Assembly: GCA_964587755.1 (NCBI GenBank)
Contig: CAZPMC010000009.1
Span: 259-59,997, forward strand
DNA length: 59,739 nt
Source of the DNA: an uncultured Oscillospiraceae bacterium
GTDB taxonomy: Bacteria > Bacillota > Clostridia > Acetivibrionales > DTU013
Direction: 5' to 3'
Of the stretch, positions 54,899 to 59,739 are shown piece after piece; positions within the stretch are counted from its first letter, which is position 1; each line of letters starts with the position of its first letter. The notes under the pieces are model-generated. The model searched no databases and was not told the DNA's origin. It was given only the letters and a program-made list of their open reading frames with translations. The position numbers were made by a program, and so were the translations under genes.

Positions 54899-57391
54899 AT
54901 GTATATGATGATAACAGATAGGGATAAAAAAGAATTTATTCAGCTGCGAAAAAAACTTTTGGAAAATGAATTCAAAATGCTAAATGCTCCCCAGAAGCAA
55001 GCCGTGTTTCATATTAACGGCCCCTTATTGGTTTTAGCAGGAGCCGGTTCGGGCAAAACATCAGTGCTTGTCAATAGGATTGCATACATGATCAAATACG
55101 GAAATGCATACCACAGTGATTATATTCCCAAAAACCTTACCCAAGACGACTTAAAAATTATGATAGAATTGGCTGAGGGTTGTAAGGCTTTGCCCGAAAG
55201 AACTTCAGAGCTATTAAAGGAAAGGCCTGTTCACCCAGCATCTATACTGGCTATTACATTTACAAATAAAGCGGCAAGAGAGATGAAGCAAAGACTTGAG
55301 GCAATTGTCGGGGAAGCTGTAGGGGCTGCATGGGTAAGCACGTTTCACGCTGCATGCGTCAGAATATTAAGACGTGATATAGAAAGACTCGGATTTGGCA
55401 GTAACTTTGTCATATATGACACATCCGACCAGCAAACCCTCATAAAGGATTGCATAAAGGAGTTAAACCTTAACGATAAGAACTTCCCTGTCAGGGAGGT
55501 GCTCTCCCACATAGGCAAGGCAAAGGATGTGTTGATTGAGCCCCAAAGATATGCCGGTATGTATGGTTCGGATTTTAGGCTGGGAAAGATTGCCCGCATA
55601 TACGAGCTGTACCAAAAGAAGCTTAAAAACAATAATGCATTGGACTTTGATGATATTATCATGATGACAATAAAGCTTTTTATGGACTATCCTGAGGTCT
55701 TGGAAATTTACCGCAGAAAGTTTAAGTATATACTGGTTGATGAGTACCAGGATACAAACAAAGCCCAATACACCCTCATTAGTCTTCTTGCAGGGTATTA
55801 CAGGAACCTTTGTGTTGTAGGGGACGACGACCAGTCCATCTACGGCTGGAGAGGTGCCGATATCACGAATATTCTTGACTTTGAGAAGGAGTTTAAAGAC
55901 AGCACTGTTATTAAGCTTGAGCAAAACTACCGTTCCACAAAGACCATACTGGACGCAGCAAATCATGTAATAAAGAATAATGGAGGCAGAAAAAGCAAAA
56001 GCCTTTGGACTGAGAATGACCAAGGTGACATGATACAGATATTTGAAGCAGAAAACGAACGCAATGAAGCTAATTTTATTGCTGGTGAGATAGAGAGGAT
56101 TAAAGAGGATGATGGCAGGAGCTATAATGATTTCGCGGTGCTCTACAGAATAAATGCCCAGTCCCGTGTGCTTGAGGACGCATTAATGAAGGCAGGGATA
56201 CCTTACCGTATTTTCGGGGGTCTAAGGTTCTATGACAGGAAGGAAATAAAAGACATTATTGCGTATTTGAGACTTATTCAAAATCCTACAGATGATATTG
56301 CACTAAAAAGAATAATTAATGTTCCCAAGAGAGGTATAGGGAATGCGACAGTTGAAGCGGCTGAAGCTATTGCGGTTAATAGAAGTGAAAGTATTTTTTC
56401 TACAGTTTCTAAAGCCCCGGAAATTCCGGAGCTTAAAAGGGCGGTTTCAAAGCTTCAGGATTTTGTGTCCATGATAAATGGCTTTAGAGCAAAGACTGAG
56501 CAGTTGAGCATTTCGGAACTAATAGGAGTGGTTATTGAGCAGTCCGGGATATTGCAGGAGCTAAAAGCGGAGGATACTGTGGAAGCACAGTCGCGGATAG
56601 AAAACATTAAAGAGCTTATTTCAGGGGCTATCGAATTTGAAGAGAATTATGAGGACTTACTTATTGAGCAGCGCGCCCAAATGGGTGATGACTTTGAGGC
56701 GGGAAGCATGCTGGAGAGCTATCTTGCGAATATTTCTCTTGTATCTGACATAGACAATCTGGAGGAAGATAAGGACCATGTTGCGCTGATGACACTGCAT
56801 AGTGCCAAAGGACTCGAATTCCCCGTTGTATTCATACCAGGATTTGAAGACGGGGTTTTCCCGGGACATCATTCCCAGGTAAATGATCAAGAGCTTGAAG
56901 AGGAGAGAAGACTTTGTTATGTGGGAATTACCCGGGCAAAGGAAAAATTATTCTTAACACATTCCCACTGCAGGATGCTTTTTGGGAACACTACATATAA
57001 TAAGTGCTCTATGTTTTTAGATGAGATACCGTCAGAGCTTGTGGAGATAAAAAACGAAGGGGCAAACAGACCAAGGGGCTTTTCATATATGCAAGGCGGC
57101 AGCGGGACATATTCAAAAGGAGTATCCGGAGGTTTTGGAGCAGGGGCACAGTTTGGAGCAGGGACACAGTTGAAGCCTTTTGGGGGCCGGGCTATGGGGA
57201 GCACACAAAAAAAAGCGGGAGCCGGACCTATTGAGTTTAAGGCAGGAGAAAATGTGGTACATAAGAAGTTCGGAGTAGGTAAGATTTTATCTGTTACACT
57301 GGATGACGGAGATCAGATTCTTGAAATTGATTTCAGGAATGTTGGCATGAAAAGATTAATAGGAGCATATGCAAACCTGGTGAAGCTATAA
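54899..57391 (+). CDS. pcrA: ATP-dependent DNA helicase PcrA (UvrD/Rep superfamily 1)
   Basis: LNAPQKQAV, AGAGSGKTS, VDEYQDTN, YRS, LMTLHSAKGLEFP and VGITRAKE helicase motifs. Gly-rich linker and C-terminal Tudor-like domain. The start is uncertain (ATGs at 54899, 54905, 54908); the ORF start at 54812 lies upstream of the predicted promoter. Confidence 0.9.
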   Translation: MYMMITDRDKKEFIQLRKKLLENEFKMLNAPQKQAVFHINGPLLVLAGAGSGKTSVLVNRIAYMIKYGNAYHSDYIPKNLTQDDLKIMIELAEGCKALPERTSELLKERPVHPASILAITFTNKAAREMKQRLEAIVGEAVGAAWVSTFHAACVRILRRDIERLGFGSNFVIYDTSDQQTLIKDCIKELNLNDKNFPVREVLSHIGKAKDVLIEPQRYAGMYGSDFRLGKIARIYELYQKKLKNNNALDFDDIIMMTIKLFMDYPEVLEIYRRKFKYILVDEYQDTNKAQYTLISLLAGYYRNLCVVGDDDQSIYGWRGADITNILDFEKEFKDSTVIKLEQNYRSTKTILDAANHVIKNNGGRKSKSLWTENDQGDMIQIFEAENERNEANFIAGEIERIKEDDGRSYNDFAVLYRINAQSRVLEDALMKAGIPYRIFGGLRFYDRKEIKDIIAYLRLIQNPTDDIALKRIINVPKRGIGNATVEAAEAIAVNRSESIFSTVSKAPEIPELKRAVSKLQDFVSMINGFRAKTEQLSISELIGVVIEQSGILQELKAEDTVEAQSRIENIKELISGAIEFEENYEDLLIEQRAQMGDDFEAGSMLESYLANISLVSDIDNLEEDKDHVALMTLHSAKGLEFPVVFIPGFEDGVFPGHHSQVNDQELEEERRLCYVGITRAKEKLFLTHSHCRMLFGNTTYNKCSMFLDEIPSELVEIKNEGANRPRGFSYMQGGSGTYSKGVSGGFGAGAQFGAGTQLKPFGGRAMGSTQKKAGAGPIEFKAGENVVHKKFGVGKILSVTLDDGDQILEIDFRNVGMKRLIGAYANLVKL

Positions 57392-57445
57392 TATAGAGTG
57401 GAGCTACAATATAGAATATAGATAGTAAATAAATGGAGCAAATAT

Positions 57446-58105
57446 ATGAATGTATTTGATATTATCGGGCCTGTGATGGTGGGGCCGTCCAGTTCCCATA
57501 CGGCAGGAGCCGCAAGGATTGGAAAGATTGTAAGGGACATATTGGGCGAGAGACCTGTGAAGGCTGACATACTTCTACATGGCTCCTTTGCAAAGACTTA
57601 TAAGGGTCATGGTACAGATAAAGCTATTGTCGGCGGGCTTTTAGGAATGACTCCCGAAGATGAACAGATAAGCAGAAGCATGGAGCTTGCTAAAGACGCA
57701 GGAATGGAAGTCAGCATTTCAACGGGTATTATTAAGGATGCCCATCCGAATACGGCTGAAATAAGTGCTAAAGGTGAAAAAGGGAATAAGGTTATAGTCA
57801 GAGGCGCATCGGTTGGCGGAGGAAATATTGTTATTAACAAAATAAACGGTATGGATGTTGAATTGACGGCTCAATACAATGCAATTATTATTTCGCACAG
57901 TGACGCTCCGGGAGTGATTGCATCTATTACAGGCATTATTGCCCAAGGCGGAATCAACATTGCAAATCTCAAAGGTTACCGCTCGACAAAGGGCGGGGAT
58001 TCCGTTATGATAATTGAAACAGATCAGGAGATAACAGCCCAGACGGAGAATTTAATCAGACAGCTTCCAAAGATACATAATACTGCGCTGATAAAACCGA
58101 TCTGA
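57446..58105 (+). CDS. sdaAB: L-serine ammonia-lyase, iron-sulfur-dependent, beta subunit
   Basis: VFDIIGPVMVGPSSSHTAGA N-terminus and a C-terminal ACT domain. Confidence 0.93.
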   Translation: MNVFDIIGPVMVGPSSSHTAGAARIGKIVRDILGERPVKADILLHGSFAKTYKGHGTDKAIVGGLLGMTPEDEQISRSMELAKDAGMEVSISTGIIKDAHPNTAEISAKGEKGNKVIVRGASVGGGNIVINKINGMDVELTAQYNAIIISHSDAPGVIASITGIIAQGGINIANLKGYRSTKGGDSVMIIETDQEITAQTENLIRQLPKIHNTALIKPI

Positions 58106-58116
58106 CGGAGGGAATT

Positions 58117-59001
58117 ATGATATATTATGATTCTATTCAAAGATTAGTCGATATAGCAGAAAAGGAAGGCAAGAATATATCGGATATTGTCATGGAAGAT
58201 CAGGCTTATCAGATGGAGAAGGACCCTGCCCAATTGTTTGAAGAGATGGCAAGACAGTTTAAAGTGATGGAGGAGTCTGTATCCAACGGTCTGATGTTGA
58301 AAAGGAAATCGGCCAGTGGTTTAAGTGGTATAGATGCAGCTAAAATGAAAAAGGCTGTGGACGAAGGCAAAACCATTAGCGGAAGATTAGTCGCAGGAGC
58401 CTTGGCGAAGGCTCTTGCAGTTGCCGAATCAAATGCCTGTATGGGAAGGATTGTGGCTGCACCTACAGCAGGGTCCTGTGGTATTTTGCCTGCTGTGCTG
58501 ATTGCATTGAAGGAAGAGAAGCAAATACAGGAGAGTAAAATTGTTATGGGCTTATTTACAGCGGCAGCAGTAGGAATGGTTGTCGCAAAAAGAGCCAGTG
58601 TTGCAGGCGCGGAAGGAGGATGCCAGGCAGAGTGCGGAAGCGCATCTGCAATGGCGGCAGCAGCTGCCGTTGAGATAATGGGGGGTACACCCCGTATGGT
58701 TTCAAGCTCATGTGCAATATCATTAAAAAGTGTTTTGGGCTTAGTATGTGACCCTGTGGCCGGTCTTGTGGAAGTGCCGTGCATTAAGCGTAATGCAATC
58801 GGAGTTGCAAACGCTATTGCTTCGGCAGATATGGCCTTAGCCGGGGTTGATAGTGTTATTCCCGCAGATGAGGTAATTGACGCAATGAAAGCAATAGGGG
58901 CCCATATGCCCCAATCCCTCAGAGAAACCTCCGAGGGCGGGCTGGCTATTACACCTACAGGAATCAAAATTGCTGAAAGAATATATAAACAACAGGTTTA
59001 A
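58117..59001 (+). CDS. sdaAA: L-serine ammonia-lyase, iron-sulfur-dependent, alpha subunit
   Basis: AAPTAGSCGILPA, GGCQAECGSA and VCDPVAGLVEVPCIKRN Cys-ligand motifs. Confidence 0.93.
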   Translation: MIYYDSIQRLVDIAEKEGKNISDIVMEDQAYQMEKDPAQLFEEMARQFKVMEESVSNGLMLKRKSASGLSGIDAAKMKKAVDEGKTISGRLVAGALAKALAVAESNACMGRIVAAPTAGSCGILPAVLIALKEEKQIQESKIVMGLFTAAAVGMVVAKRASVAGAEGGCQAECGSASAMAAAAAVEIMGGTPRMVSSSCAISLKSVLGLVCDPVAGLVEVPCIKRNAIGVANAIASADMALAGVDSVIPADEVIDAMKAIGAHMPQSLRETSEGGLAITPTGIKIAERIYKQQV

Positions 59002-59016
59002 GAGTAAGCTTTATAC

Positions 59017-59664
59017 TCAAAGCAAATCGAGAGCTTCGGCGGGGCGGGATATTAGTATCTTAGCACCGCCTTCTTTAATTTCGTCTGCCTTTCGAAAGCC
59101 CCATAGAACACCGACAGCATACATGCCTGCAGCTACTGCGGTCTTCATATCTACAGCTGTGTCTCCAAGATACAGACATTCCGAAGCTTCCACATCAAGC
59201 ATTTTGACAATCTCCAATGCTCCTGCCGGGTTTGGCTTAACAGGCAAGCCTTTGCGTTCACCAAGTATCACATCAAATTTCCAATTTTTTAACAGCTTTT
59301 CGACTACTAATTTAGCAAATTCATGGGTTTTATTTGTTAGCACCGCAATCTTAATGCCTTTCATTAAAAGGGCATCCAATAATTCAGGGATTCCGTTATA
59401 GGGCTTAGTTTTGTTGTCCCATCGTTTGTTGTATTCCTCTAAAAGTGCGGTGTGCCCCCGGCTTATATTCTCATCGGAGCGTTCAGATTCAGGTAATGCT
59501 CTCTCAACCAGTTTTCGCATACCGTTTCCTACGAAATATTTATAAGCCTCCACATCATGAAGGGGGTAGTTAAACTGCTTAAGCACACTATTCATAGAAT
59601 CAGCAAGATCATCAATGGTATCAAGAAGGGTCCCGTCCAAATCAAATATTACAGCTTTAAACAT
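59017..59664 (-). CDS. HAD-IA family hydrolase (phosphoglycolate phosphatase-like)
   Basis: VIFDLDGTLLDT motif I, LTNK motif II, YLGDTAVDM motif IV. Confidence 0.88.
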   Translation of the reverse strand: MFKAVIFDLDGTLLDTIDDLADSMNSVLKQFNYPLHDVEAYKYFVGNGMRKLVERALPESERSDENISRGHTALLEEYNKRWDNKTKPYNGIPELLDALLMKGIKIAVLTNKTHEFAKLVVEKLLKNWKFDVILGERKGLPVKPNPAGALEIVKMLDVEASECLYLGDTAVDMKTAVAAGMYAVGVLWGFRKADEIKEGGAKILISRPAEALDLL

Positions 59665-59739
59665 AAATTATTCTCCTTTTAGTGCTGCATTTATGTGTTA
59701 CAATCAAATTATACATATATTATTTACCTCATTCAATAT

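Noticed and set aside
54812-57391. UvrD-family helicase as a defence-island component
   Set aside because: All PcrA housekeeping motifs and the typical C-terminal domain are present. A candidate SOS box fits a repair role, and there are no nuclease, methylase or other defence partners adjacent.
58209-58967. Long antisense ORFs inside well-supported genes
   Set aside because: Examples are 58209-58967, 45128-45589, 47065-47613, 5389-5853, 22443-22877 and 55463-56023. They are shadow ORFs opposite strongly recognisable genes (sdaAA, the TIM-barrel gene, lpdA, the C11 gene, the GH127 gene, pcrA). They have low-complexity Ser/Pro/Ala-rich translations and no RBS.

Overview
59.7 kb of chromosomal DNA from a low-GC Gram-positive anaerobe. 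The class (Clostridia) is inferred from SLH, cohesin and dockerin modules, SpoVB/GerMN-type genes and Shine-Dalgarno usage. The species is not determinable from this window. No BLAST, HMM or folding could be run, so all family calls rest on motifs read from the ORF translations and on DNA patterns checked by eye.

Gene content, left to right:
- trailer end of a CRISPR array (no cas genes in the window)
- PadR-DUF2812 pair and a frameshifted flavodoxin
- FHA-fused SEDS polymerase with its class B PBP, then a clostripain-like (C11) protein whose catalytic Cys is Ser
- fhs-fchA-folD C1-folate genes and a relic GH2 beta-galactosidase C-terminus
- oppBCDF-A type ABC importer
- a GH127-type beta-L-arabinofuranosidase locus: a lipoprotein paralog plus a cyclophilin lipoprotein, then a cohesin+SLH anchor, a 1297-aa multidomain GH127 and a cohesin+dockerin adaptor
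- an orphan motAB pair abutting GH51 abfA; an amidohydrolase; an HD protein; an SLH protein with three tandem modules; an LTA synthase
- two His15-less HPr-like paralogs
- a peptidoglycan side-chain/turnover cluster: ATP-grasp ligase, FemAB transferase, MurJ/SpoVB flippase, D,D-carboxypeptidase, CapA::VanX fusion, murE
- lpdA, an Fe-S aldo/keto reductase, tkt, a yjfB-like gene, araA, a GerMN lipoprotein, pcrA, sdaAB/sdaAA and a HAD phosphatase

Most noteworthy observations:
1. The two-tier cohesin/dockerin/SLH scaffold sits around GH127 enzymes, next to an Opp-type importer and a secreted prolyl isomerase. This may be a harvesting system for hydroxyproline-arabinoside (extensin-type) substrates; that is a hypothesis.
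2. The C11 homolog carries a Cys-to-Ser change at the nucleophile position.
3. The CapA::VanX fusion lies beside ATP-grasp, FemAB and flippase genes.
4. Two families of dispersed non-coding repeats are present: a roughly 55-nt terminator-hairpin element in at least 4 copies, and a GC-rich composite element built around the palindrome CAGTGCCWGGCACTG. I cannot assign either to a known element.
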